A DNA stretch of 64,000 nt from a virus. Below the pieces are notes generated by a model. It ran no database searches and had not been told where the DNA came from. It worked only from the letters and a program-made list of their open reading frames with translations. Within the stretch, counting starts at the first letter, position 1. The number at the start of each line of letters is the position of its first letter. Positions 45,454 through 54,222 of the stretch are shown piece after piece. Both the position numbers and the translations under genes were made by a program. Where the stretch lies: the IMG/VR virus record IMGVR_UViG_3300035701_000001. One strand, 5' to 3'.

Positions 45454-45717
45454 GTGGATCGAGGTCGCAGCAATGACTATCCACCCGACAACGGGGCCCC
45501 GTACTGGCACTGGAAGTGGAACTGGGTATGCCTGGACTGCAGGACCCATGCCCGCAGAACGGTGTTCGATGGGATTCCCACGTGTCCGAAGTGTCGGAAA
45601 CCCATGGTCTCGATGCCCCGCCGGATGAGAATGCCGAAGAGAAACGACCCGATGTGGGGGAAGGCCTGTGTCCAATATGGAATGGTCTTCTGGCCCTGGA
45701 ACAGGAGAAGCCGATGA
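45454..45717 (+). CDS. Zn-ribbon protein
   Basis: VCLDCR...CPKCRKPMV. Confidence 0.65.
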   Translation: MDRGRSNDYPPDNGAPYWHWKWNWVCLDCRTHARRTVFDGIPTCPKCRKPMVSMPRRMRMPKRNDPMWGKACVQYGMVFWPWNRRSR

Positions 45718-46157
45718 GCTACCGTGACGAGCATTGGTGGTTGAGAAACGGCGGAGATCCTTGTAACGACGGAAGCATCCGCATCGACACGGGCGAAGGG
45801 GAATTCGGAACCACCATCGTGTGGTTGAAGAACACCTACGGGGTGAATGGCTGCAAGGATGGCTGGGAGGAGAAGAAGACCGTTGCCCGCTACATCTGCG
45901 AGGCGGTCAACGCGTATCAGAAGACAGGAAACGGGGCACAACCGGACCAAGAACTCGACGTGGTCGTCGTAGGACACGATCCACTCCTCCGCAAGAAGGT
46001 GACGTGCCCAAAGTGCGGAGCGATTCTCTCCTACCTGCCAAAAGCCGTGAAGAACACCCGGATCACGATCAACAGTACGGGTGGATACACAGGAGAAAAT
46101 GCAGTCTGTCCCTTTGTTCCATGCCCTTGTGGACACCCCGTCATGGTGAAAATATGA
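45714..46157 (+). CDS. hypothetical protein with Zn ribbon
   Basis: VTCPKCGAILSY...VPCPCG. Confidence 0.65.
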   Translation: MSYRDEHWWLRNGGDPCNDGSIRIDTGEGEFGTTIVWLKNTYGVNGCKDGWEEKKTVARYICEAVNAYQKTGNGAQPDQELDVVVVGHDPLLRKKVTCPKCGAILSYLPKAVKNTRITINSTGGYTGENAVCPFVPCPCGHPVMVKI

Positions 46158-46468
46158 GAAGTCCCCTCCTGGACACCCTGGACCTTTTGACGATGCAGTC
46201 CATCCGGGAAACCGTGAAGAAGGCCCTGCCTACCGACCTCTATACCCAGAAGAAAACAGAGGCTTGCAAGTCGTTCCGCCTTGTCCTGGCACACTTGCCC
46301 ACGTTGAATCGCCTGCAAGTCGTCCAGAAGGTCGCGAGCCACGCTGCGGCCCGGCCAAACATCGACGAATCCACCGTGGCTTTGATCCTTGCCACCGGAC
46401 TCGATTGGATTGAGGAGGAAAATAAGGAATGTCCACAACATCCAAGTACAACGGTAGATACCCCATGA
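46154..46468 (+). CDS. hypothetical protein
   Basis: ATGA coupling. Confidence 0.6.
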   Translation: MRSPLLDTLDLLTMQSIRETVKKALPTDLYTQKKTEACKSFRLVLAHLPTLNRLQVVQKVASHAAARPNIDESTVALILATGLDWIEEENKECPQHPSTTVDTP

Positions 46469-46478
46469 CGGTGAAGCC

Positions 46479-46724
46479 ATGATTCCCCATTTCGAACGGG
46501 TCCAACTGCGGGCGCTCCTGACCAAGGACGAGAAGGGAGAATGCTTCTACAACGGCTACTGTGTGCTTCCAGACAAGCACAAGGGGCCATGCGTGGACTT
46601 GGAAGAAGTCGCCCTTCGCCTGCTCGACGCACTGGACGAGGCCGACCCCATCCTGCCTTCGAACCCCATCACCAGCCTGTACGCGAATGCGAAACCGAAA
46701 TCCGAGGAGGGAGAAACCCGATGA
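46479..46724 (+). CDS. hypothetical protein (C.L...H.GPC; RLLDA.DEA module)
   Basis: Shares module with 48506 and 49008. Confidence 0.6.
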   Translation: MIPHFERVQLRALLTKDEKGECFYNGYCVLPDKHKGPCVDLEEVALRLLDALDEADPILPSNPITSLYANAKPKSEEGETR

Positions 46725-47377
46725 GCCAGCCCACGACCCCTGCCACGGTCTCCGAACGCCTGGCCGCCGAGATGCACACCCTCTGGGCTCAATGGGCCCG
46801 GCACATGCTCGGTGTGCTGGCCCCCGTCCTGGAAGACGGACTCGGACTCCATCTCCCCGGAGAACCGATGCTTGGGGGGAAGAGAACCCCTGGCATGGAT
46901 ACGGCACAGGAAACCTTCCTGCTCTGGAAGCGCCAGATCGATACCCCCTACACGGATCTCTCCGAGGCGGAGAAGAACCCTCACCGGGCCCTCGCCAACC
47001 GCGTTTTCGATCTCCTCGACAGAACGAAGGCTGTCGACCTGGAAAAGGTCGCGGCGACTCTCGGTGCCGAGCACCTGTCCACCACTGAACTGGCGCTGGA
47101 CCGGATGAACCTCATGAACCGGCTGGCACGGGCCGAAGGGCTGCTGGCCGAACGGCAGGAATGGAACAAGGGAGAACCACCCAAGGGGACGGACGAGGTG
47201 CTGATTGCAAAAATCAGATCTGAAGGCAGCCGTTATCCACCGCATCCACTCGTCGTTTGGCGTGATGGAAACGCAATGAATGGAATGTATTGGCGTGGAA
47301 GAGACTTCGCGGATCGGTGGAATTCCGACTGGTTTTGGAAGCCCGTTCCCCCGCCTCCTACGGAGAAAGAAAAGTAG
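46721..47377 (+). CDS. RyR-repeat-like N-domain + DUF551-like C-domain
   Basis: EMHTLWAQW...TPYTDLSEAEK; WNKGEPP...WFWKPVPPPP. Confidence 0.75.
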   Translation: MSQPTTPATVSERLAAEMHTLWAQWARHMLGVLAPVLEDGLGLHLPGEPMLGGKRTPGMDTAQETFLLWKRQIDTPYTDLSEAEKNPHRALANRVFDLLDRTKAVDLEKVAATLGAEHLSTTELALDRMNLMNRLARAEGLLAERQEWNKGEPPKGTDEVLIAKIRSEGSRYPPHPLVVWRDGNAMNGMYWRGRDFADRWNSDWFWKPVPPPPTEKEK

Positions 47378-47833
47378 ATGGAAACGAACACGGTCATCGA
47401 GCGCCTTGCCGATGAGATGCACTCCATCTGGGCGAACTGGACGACGTACCTGGTCTGCAAGCTGAAGCCCAAGCTTACCACGGTCCGACTCCCAGAGGAC
47501 TTCGAAGCGATGCCCGAAGCTGATGCCTGCCTGCAGCGATGGGCACGGCAGATCCGGACCCCGTATGCGGACCTCTCCGAGAAGGAAAAGGACTCCGACC
47601 GAGAAATCGCTCGCCGTATCCTGCACGCGATGGGATGGGAGTGGAGAGAGGGGGAGCCGCCCGAAGGCTTCGACCGAGTGCTGGTGTGGATGGAGTCCCA
47701 TGGAGTCGTGATGGGAAGGCACAAAGAAGACTGGGTGATCGCAGAAGCTCCCCTGGTGAAGGAATCCCCCTGGTCCCCTGACTGGCTCTGGATGTCCCTG
47801 CCCCCGCCTCCCATACCGAAGAAAGAGGGGTAG
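47378..47833 (+). CDS. RyR-repeat-like N-domain + DUF551-like C-domain
   Basis: EMHSIWANW...TPYADLSEKEKDSDR; WREGEPP...WLWMSLPPPP. Confidence 0.75.
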   Translation: METNTVIERLADEMHSIWANWTTYLVCKLKPKLTTVRLPEDFEAMPEADACLQRWARQIRTPYADLSEKEKDSDREIARRILHAMGWEWREGEPPEGFDRVLVWMESHGVVMGRHKEDWVIAEAPLVKESPWSPDWLWMSLPPPPIPKKEG

Positions 47834-47838
47834 TCACC

Positions 47839-48072
47839 ATGTCCATCCACGCGACCTACACCCAAGACCCCGACAAGGCCGTCTGTGGCGTGCGGATCAG
47901 CGGTAAGGAAGGCCAACAGGCTGCAACCGTCTTGGCCGACCTGACCTGTGACCGGTGCATCCTGCGTGTGCTGCGGACCCTACAGAAGCTCGATCCAACC
48001 TTCGATGCATCGAAGTTCGCGGAAGTCTCCTGGCCCGCCGGACTGGGTGGGGTTCCGGGGGTGTCGTGGTGA
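47839..48072 (+). CDS. small hypothetical protein
   Basis: AVCG...LTCDRC. Confidence 0.55.
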   Translation: MSIHATYTQDPDKAVCGVRISGKEGQQAATVLADLTCDRCILRVLRTLQKLDPTFDASKFAEVSWPAGLGGVPGVSW

Positions 48073-48168
48073 ATCCCCGTGAGGAACACACCGCGTGGTA
48101 CGAGGATCGTCCTCGGCATCTCTGGGACAGCCCCATGAACCCAACCTCCTCGTTGTTCTCTCTCGGAA

Positions 48169-48348
48169 CTAGGAGGACTTGTCCTCGCGCGAGTCTCCGG
48201 AGTGGTTCCAGTTTGCATCCGAGATGCCATGGCATGGTCCACCGGGTTCATATGCCTCGGCAAGGGTACCGGTCCAGTCCCCACTGGAATCCGTCTTGGA
48301 ATCGTCTTTGGAATCGAACTTGTCGTCTTTGGAATCGGGGTCGGACAT
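48169..48348 (-). CDS. 59-aa acidic peptide, the only credible minus-strand gene
   Basis: CAGGAG-6nt-ATG; MSDPDSKDDKFDSKDDSKTDSSGDWTG... Confidence 0.45.
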   Translation of the reverse strand: MSDPDSKDDKFDSKDDSKTDSSGDWTGTLAEAYEPGGPCHGISDANWNHSGDSREDKSS

Positions 48349-48505
48349 TGGGTTCTCCTGTTGCGCTGGAAATACCCAGCGGGAATCTGCTAACCAGGAC
48401 ACAACTCCGGACTCATCTTTTCCGAAAACCAACCAGAAATCACAGGGACATCCGGCAAGATTTCCTTGGTTTTTCTCATACGGCAGTCCAACGGGAAGCA
48501 ACTCC

Positions 48506-49021
48506 ATGACCGTCACACCTGAAGAGCGGGCTCAATGGCGCGAACTGCTGACCTACAAGGTCCTGGCTGTCGCCTGTCCCGACTGCGGGGCGGCATCGCA
48601 CGTACCTTGCACTCCTTGTCATGGAACCAAGTTCGAACGCGAGTACCTTGAAATGGGTTCTTCCCATGAAAAACGGATCCACGCATCCTTCTTGATGTCC
48701 CCGAACTGGGCTGACGTGGCAAAGAGATTGCTCGATGCGATGGACGAGGCAGACACATGGCAATCCGGGGAACCGCCCCAGGACATCCACGAGATACTGG
48801 TCGCTGAACCCCACAAGATCTACGGCAGAGGCCACCGTGTCCACTACGAATGGTCCACGGATGGCCTGGGTTCGTACAAAATCTACGGCAGGGGCCACCG
48901 TGTCGATTGCGAATGGTCCGTGGATGGCCTGGGTCCGTACCCCTGGTCCCCCGACTGGCTCTGGATGTCCTTGCCCCCGCCACCCGATGGGAAAAAGGAA
49001 GGTCCTGATGGGAATCAGTGA
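48506..49021 (+). CDS. Zn module + DUF551-like C-domain with 63-bp internal duplication
   Basis: CPDCGA..PC..HEKR; WQSGEPP; KIYGRGHRV..EWS.DGLG x2 (48815, 48878); WLWMSLPPPP. Confidence 0.75.
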   Translation: MTVTPEERAQWRELLTYKVLAVACPDCGAASHVPCTPCHGTKFEREYLEMGSSHEKRIHASFLMSPNWADVAKRLLDAMDEADTWQSGEPPQDIHEILVAEPHKIYGRGHRVHYEWSTDGLGSYKIYGRGHRVDCEWSVDGLGPYPWSPDWLWMSLPPPPDGKKEGPDGNQ

Positions 49022-49397
49022 GGAGGAGATCAGGCGCTGGCAGCAGCTTATGGGGTCCATTGAACTCTGCGGAAAGCCCATCAACACCCCCTGTTATTCG
49101 GTTGGCTTTCTCTGTAACAAGGACAAGGGACACGAGGATGCCTGTGGGGTCGTTGCAAACTGGCGTACGTTCGCCTCCCGTTTGTTGGAGGCATGGAACG
49201 AGGCCAATACGTGGCGGTCCGGAGAACCGCCCGAGGGCAAGGACCGGGTACTTGTGTGCTGGAAAAGCTGTCTTCCAACTGGTAAACGTGTAGATATTTT
49301 ATTTCGCGCACCGTGGAACCAGTGGGATGACGGTCATCGTTCCTATGACTGGAACCCCAACTGGCATTGGATGCCCCTGCCTTCACCCCCTGTTTGA
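49008..49397 (+). CDS. DUF551-like C-domain protein
   Basis: WRSGEPP...WHWMPLPSPP. Confidence 0.75.
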   Translation: MGISEEEIRRWQQLMGSIELCGKPINTPCYSVGFLCNKDKGHEDACGVVANWRTFASRLLEAWNEANTWRSGEPPEGKDRVLVCWKSCLPTGKRVDILFRAPWNQWDDGHRSYDWNPNWHWMPLPSPPV

Positions 49398-49408
49398 AAG
49401 GAAAACTC

Positions 49409-49786
49409 ATGCTCTACACGGATATCCTTCGCATTTTTCTCGACTGGCTTGGAAGCAAAAGCTACCAACTCATCCTTCTCGACAAGCACGGGGAAGCCGA
49501 GGAGACAATGGACCCAGAAGATGCCATCCTTGCTTTCTTGCACGACGTTTCGGACAATGGATGGAAATCCGGGGAACCGCCCGAGGACATAGACAAGGTA
49601 CTGGCGTTCGGAGTCGCTTGGGACACCGGAGAGCCCCTCCTGGAAGTCCTGCGCCGCCACAAACAAGACTGGACCGCCCACAAGGGGCTGACCGTCGGGT
49701 CGTCGTTGATCCGGAAATGGCAATCCGATTGGCTCTGGATGCCACTGCCTGAGATTCCATCTAAAACGGAGGACAAGAAGTCATGA
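49409..49786 (+). CDS. DUF551-like C-domain protein
   Basis: WKSGEPP...WLWMPLPEIP. Confidence 0.75.
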   Translation: MLYTDILRIFLDWLGSKSYQLILLDKHGEAEETMDPEDAILAFLHDVSDNGWKSGEPPEDIDKVLAFGVAWDTGEPLLEVLRRHKQDWTAHKGLTVGSSLIRKWQSDWLWMPLPEIPSKTEDKKS

Positions 49787-50130
49787 ACCCCACTCAAATC
49801 GCACTCACCTTCCTCCACTGGCTGGAAACCAAGGAGTACGTTTTCATCGCGCTCGACGCGGACAAAGCCAAGGATGCGCGGATGACGACCGAGGAACTCC
49901 TCGATGCGTTCCGTATGGAACATCCCGAGGCCCATGACGACTGGCAGTCCGGTGTTCCTCCCCTGGGTATCAACATCGTGCTGCTATGGGGTCCCCACGA
50001 GAGCAACCCGATGATCGCGAAACGACGGGAAGGCCGATGGTGGCGGCCCGAGTACAGGGACTGGCTCACAGACTGGGAGTCCGGTTGGTACTGGATGCCC
50101 TTGCCCCTGCCACCGGAGGTGTCCAAATGA
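49783..50130 (+). CDS. DUF551-like C-domain protein
   Basis: WQSGVPP...WYWMPLPLPP; N-terminus paralogous to 49409. Confidence 0.75.
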   Translation: MNPTQIALTFLHWLETKEYVFIALDADKAKDARMTTEELLDAFRMEHPEAHDDWQSGVPPLGINIVLLWGPHESNPMIAKRREGRWWRPEYRDWLTDWESGWYWMPLPLPPEVSK

Positions 50131-50495
50131 ATTGGGTCGCTGACATCGAAGAAGTCGAAGAGATGCTTCGCAACAAAGAGTTCGAACAAGTTGTAGAGAC
50201 GTACCGGTACGTGCTCTACAACCTGACAGGCAGAGACAAGTACGAAAGCTTCCCAGGATCGGAAGAACGATACGCAGCCCTCTTACGGTCTTCATGGAGA
50301 ACCGGAGAACCGCCCGAGGGCACAAACTGGGTGTTGATCTGGAAAGTGAAAGTTGGTTGTTACGAATTTTCGGAAAGAGACAAGTGGGACGCCACCGGTC
50401 TATGGAAGACAGGCAACGAAGAGGACCCGGCAGGTCCTTGGAATCCCGACTGGTACTGGATGCCCCTGCCCCCGCCTCCCGTGAAGAAAGGCTGA
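50127..50495 (+). CDS. DUF551-like C-domain protein
   Basis: WRTGEPP...WYWMPLPPPP. Confidence 0.75.
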   Translation: MNWVADIEEVEEMLRNKEFEQVVETYRYVLYNLTGRDKYESFPGSEERYAALLRSSWRTGEPPEGTNWVLIWKVKVGCYEFSERDKWDATGLWKTGNEEDPAGPWNPDWYWMPLPPPPVKKG

Positions 50496-50498
50496 CCC

Positions 50499-50861
50499 AT
50501 GGGCACCTGGACCACCGACGAAGCCGGACTTATCCGCATCGAAGCCTGGATCCGGGACGGAGAGAACCTGGCTCGCTCCGCCATCCAGGCGGACGGGCAG
50601 AGGGATCTGTTCGGCTACGCACTGCGTGCCTGCAAGGAGGTCATCCCCACCCTCCTCACCGCGTTACGCGAAGCACGGTCGTGGAGAGAAGGGGAACCCC
50701 CGGACGGGATCAACGAGGTCCTCATGAACAGCAGAGGGAACCTCGGAATTGCCTGGCGGGATTCCAAGGGATGGTTCGGTTCCATTTCCTGGGATCCGGA
50801 CTGGCGCTGGGCTCCCATCCCGGAAGGGCGTTGGGCTTCCATCCCGGAGACGAAGCCATGA
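50499..50861 (+). CDS. DUF551-like C-domain protein
   Basis: WREGEPP...WRWAPIP. Confidence 0.75.
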   Translation: MGTWTTDEAGLIRIEAWIRDGENLARSAIQADGQRDLFGYALRACKEVIPTLLTALREARSWREGEPPDGINEVLMNSRGNLGIAWRDSKGWFGSISWDPDWRWAPIPEGRWASIPETKP

Positions 50862-51061
50862 CCGGTTGGAAGACAGGGGAACCACCGAACGGCACGGACC
50901 AGGTCCTGGTCTATGACGGACAGGGGGAGTTCTTTGTCGCAACCTGTGTCGGACACGAACTCTGGATCGGAAACGGGCTGCGTAACTGGCCGTCTGGCTG
51001 GTACTGGATGACCCTGCCTGTGCCCCCCAAGGACGATACGACGAATGGAGAAAAGAAATGA
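50858..51061 (+). CDS. stand-alone DUF551-like domain
   Basis: MTGWKTGEPP...WYWMTLPVPP. Confidence 0.75.
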   Translation: MTGWKTGEPPNGTDQVLVYDGQGEFFVATCVGHELWIGNGLRNWPSGWYWMTLPVPPKDDTTNGEKK

Positions 51062-51267
51062 AGATCTACCTCCAGTTCTACCAGGAAGGAGACCGGTTGG
51101 TCATCTCAGGACTGGGACCCGAAGACCCGGTTCCGAACATCGGAGATCGCATCGAACGAAACGAGGGCCTGTACCGGGTGGCAGGACGGGTCTTCAAACC
51201 GTATTGCGACCAGATCCTCCTCCTCATCGACCGTACCTCCATCCGCGTGGAAGGAGGGATATTGTGA
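51058..51267 (+). CDS. small hypothetical protein (VPNIGDRI)
   Basis: Coupled at both ends. Confidence 0.65.
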   Translation: MKIYLQFYQEGDRLVISGLGPEDPVPNIGDRIERNEGLYRVAGRVFKPYCDQILLLIDRTSIRVEGGIL

Positions 51268-51524
51268 GCATTTCCGAGAAAGCCGAGGAGAAGGCAACGC
51301 TGTTGCGGAGCCTGCTCGTGATCGAGATGCGGAAGTCCGGGCTCGGACAGGTCGAGATCGCAAAACGGGCAGGGACCTCGCAGTCCACCGTCGCCCGCCT
51401 GTGGGCAGGACAGGCCATGCCCGGCCTTGCAGAATTCATCGCGTATTGCTGGGTGCTCGGCCTCAACCCGACTGAGGTACTGCAGAGCGTAGACACCCGA
51501 CTCCCCAAGGAGACACCTTCGTGA
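51264..51524 (+). CDS. XRE-family HTH protein
   Basis: MRKSGLGQVEIAKRAGTSQSTVARLWAG..PGL. Confidence 0.85.
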   Translation: MSISEKAEEKATLLRSLLVIEMRKSGLGQVEIAKRAGTSQSTVARLWAGQAMPGLAEFIAYCWVLGLNPTEVLQSVDTRLPKETPS

Positions 51525-51901
51525 ACCGAATCGACCAGCACCTTCTGCTCGACCGGGCCGTGCTCGTTTTGCAGCAATTCGATACCCTCACCGAGGAAGA
51601 ACAGGACTACCTGTCCGATCTGCGGGAAGCTCTCTGGAAGCAGATGGACGGCAAACAAGCCGAAGAGTTGGAAGCCCGATGGAGGGGGCTGCAGACATCG
51701 GTTGGGTGGAGGAAGGGGGAACCGCCCGAGGGAACGGATCATGTGATGTGTTGGAGGGATACACGCATTTCGATTCTACACAAGATGAACAGGTTCAAAG
51801 GTGAGAAGTTCGCATATTGGGAGGGGGGGAGAAGTGCAACGGCATGGAATCCCGACTGGTTCTGGATGCCCCTGCCTTCTTCTCCGGAGAAAAAATCGTG
51901 A
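51521..51901 (+). CDS. DUF551-like C-domain protein
   Basis: WRKGEPP...WFWMPLPSSP. Confidence 0.75.
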   Translation: MNRIDQHLLLDRAVLVLQQFDTLTEEEQDYLSDLREALWKQMDGKQAEELEARWRGLQTSVGWRKGEPPEGTDHVMCWRDTRISILHKMNRFKGEKFAYWEGGRSATAWNPDWFWMPLPSSPEKKS

Positions 51902-52278
51902 AACTGCCCAAGACACTGTACTGGGTACGGCCCAATGCCTTCTCCCTTGTCGAGAGGCTGCCGGAAGACATCCTTGCAAAAGCAGATCCCACCGTGGATC
52001 CAAGCTGGCATCGCTGGATGAAGGTCGAGTTCGACGAGGGCAGTGTCGAGTACTTCTGCGGGGATTTCCAGTGTCAAGGAGCATGCCATCTTCCCAAACT
52101 GGTAGCGCACGTCGAGGAACGGAACGGAGACCTTGTCGTTTCCCATCGAACCATGTGCTCTGCTTTATGTGGAATCGAACAGGCGTTTGGAAGGCCTCTT
52201 CCTGATTCCTGGAAGGGAGAAGTCCGTGAATATCCCGTGGAAGCCTGGGAACACCTCAGGAAGTTCTGGTGGGTCTGA
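51898..52278 (+). CDS. hypothetical protein
   Basis: GTGA coupling. Confidence 0.6.
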   Translation: MKLPKTLYWVRPNAFSLVERLPEDILAKADPTVDPSWHRWMKVEFDEGSVEYFCGDFQCQGACHLPKLVAHVEERNGDLVVSHRTMCSALCGIEQAFGRPLPDSWKGEVREYPVEAWEHLRKFWWV

Positions 52279-52772
52279 TGATCACCTTGCCAAAAAGCTG
52301 GAAATCCATGCCCCAACCGAATGAGGACTCGCGAGAATATCGTCTGCCCACAAGGGGCTGGACAACGGACGTGGGAGAGTACACACGGGCCTGGGACCGT
52401 CTGGTTCAGGCAGGAGCCCGTATTCTGGACCTCGAACCCCTGGGGTGTGATCCGGGCGTCTGTTTTCACACAGGGGTCGGCGCTCATCCGGTTGCGGGGT
52501 TGTCCCCCCAGACCATCGAACGGCTCATTGAACTGGAATCCCGAGCAGCCCCTTCTCACTCCCCGCTCGAAGTGACTGCGGACGAAGAACGTGACCGCAT
52601 CGTGGCCTTCCTGAACAAGAGAGGAGACAAGCTGGCCCGTGAGGGGGAACACGACCGGGCATTGGCCCTTCGCAATGCAGCCCATCTTCTCTCTCGAAAT
52701 GGCCACAGGACTGCATCCCAATCCGCTCTCGAATCCTCGACCCCTCCCCTCGATGGAGAGTTCAAACCATGA
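52278..52772 (+). CDS. hypothetical protein
   Basis: TGATG coupling. Confidence 0.6.
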   Translation: MITLPKSWKSMPQPNEDSREYRLPTRGWTTDVGEYTRAWDRLVQAGARILDLEPLGCDPGVCFHTGVGAHPVAGLSPQTIERLIELESRAAPSHSPLEVTADEERDRIVAFLNKRGDKLAREGEHDRALALRNAAHLLSRNGHRTASQSALESSTPPLDGEFKP

Positions 52773-53386
52773 CCTCCACACCCGAACGTCTGGCGCTTCT
52801 GCGCGCCGCCTACACCCGCCACCATCTGCCCCTGCGGGGGGTCCAGACACTGGGTGGCTGGTTCTGTACCCAGGTTGACGTGGCAAACTCCGTGTGGGTT
52901 CACGAACTCCGGAGCGGAGCGCGCTACCTCGCAACGGTACTCATGAAGACGAGTTCCGAGGTCACGAGCATCTTCGGTCCGACTGGACTGGCTGGGGTAC
53001 GTCACGGTTCCGATGGTTCCCTTGCTCCGATGGGAGAATGGGAAGGGGAACTCGATGACCCACGCAAGGCGTTGCTCGATGGAGATCTCCTGCCCGACCT
53101 CTCCGACCCGCTGACCTTCCACCTGGCTTTGCGCGAGCTTGCCGAGGCAGACGGCGTTCCCAACCGGCCGCACAGCCCCAACATCGGGTTTGGCTGGACA
53201 CAGGGATCCGCCGATCAGCGCGCTGAAAGGAGCGACGAACGGGGAGAATGTCCCCCGTTCTGGACGCTCGTCGTGATGGATCCCAATGGCTGGACCTCAC
53301 GGCACTACTTTCACATCGACACGGACGATCCCATCGACGCCCTGCTCCAAACCCGCATCCAGGTACACGAGGAATCAAAGAAATGA
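52769..53386 (+). CDS. hypothetical protein, paralog of 55193
   Basis: RLALLRAAY...LLPDLSDP.T..LAL..LA...TDDPIDALL. Confidence 0.7.
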   Translation: MTSTPERLALLRAAYTRHHLPLRGVQTLGGWFCTQVDVANSVWVHELRSGARYLATVLMKTSSEVTSIFGPTGLAGVRHGSDGSLAPMGEWEGELDDPRKALLDGDLLPDLSDPLTFHLALRELAEADGVPNRPHSPNIGFGWTQGSADQRAERSDERGECPPFWTLVVMDPNGWTSRHYFHIDTDDPIDALLQTRIQVHEESKK

Positions 53387-54222
53387 CCTTGCCTCGGGTC
53401 GAAAGCTGCACCGTGATGAGCGGCAGGAATCCCCACCGAGTCCTGTCCGGAGACCTCCGGGGTTGGATGGCATACCAGGGAGACTTGCGCCTGACGGCAT
53501 GGATCGAGGTGGACGCAAGAAAGGCACGGCTCACCGCTTCCAATATGGAGGCCAACGTGCTGCAGCGTTGCGACTTGTCCGAAGCGGATCTGTCCGGTTC
53601 CTCGCTTCGCGGGGCGGCGTTCCTCGACTGCACCCTGAAAAAAACCACCTGGAAAGGTGCTGAAATTACATCGGCCACCTTCATCGGATGTGATCTCTCG
53701 GGATCCGATTTCGTGGGCGCGGACCTGGAGTGGACAACCCTGTACGACTGCGACCTATCCTTCGTCTCTTTCTGGCGCTGTGGCCTGAAGGACACGCACC
53801 TCTACTCCTGCCATGGCCCGGCCCTCTACCTGCGGTCGGACCTGGAACTGCTGCGGGAAGTCTCGGGAGGACGACTTCGGGCCTACAGGTGGGAAACCCC
53901 AGAGGGTGCCTGGCGTTCTCCTCCCTATGAAGTCGGGAAAACTTACCACGCTGCTCTCAACCGCAACCGTCGACTCGGCTGTGCTCCCGGCATCCATGCT
54001 GCAACTCTCGACTGGTGTATCGACATTGCGATGCGAGAAACCCACTGGAACGGAACCGGAGAAGCCCCGTTCCGCATCCTGGAAGTCTCGGCTTCTCCCG
54101 CCGAAGTCATCGTTCCCTTCACGCGAGCACGACTGCGGTGCTCGGACCTTACCGTGGAACGAATCGTACCCCAGGAAGAATGGCTGCATTCCCTCGAAAC
54201 TTCAGACGAGGCGACTCCATGA
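53383..54222 (+). CDS. pentapeptide-repeat protein
   Basis: CDLSEADLSGSSLRGAAFLDCTLKKTTWKGAEITSATFIGCDLSGSDFVGADL; C-terminal YEVGKTY...CAPGIH. Confidence 0.9.
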   Translation: MTLPRVESCTVMSGRNPHRVLSGDLRGWMAYQGDLRLTAWIEVDARKARLTASNMEANVLQRCDLSEADLSGSSLRGAAFLDCTLKKTTWKGAEITSATFIGCDLSGSDFVGADLEWTTLYDCDLSFVSFWRCGLKDTHLYSCHGPALYLRSDLELLREVSGGRLRAYRWETPEGAWRSPPYEVGKTYHAALNRNRRLGCAPGIHAATLDWCIDIAMRETHWNGTGEAPFRILEVSASPAEVIVPFTRARLRCSDLTVERIVPQEEWLHSLETSDEATP

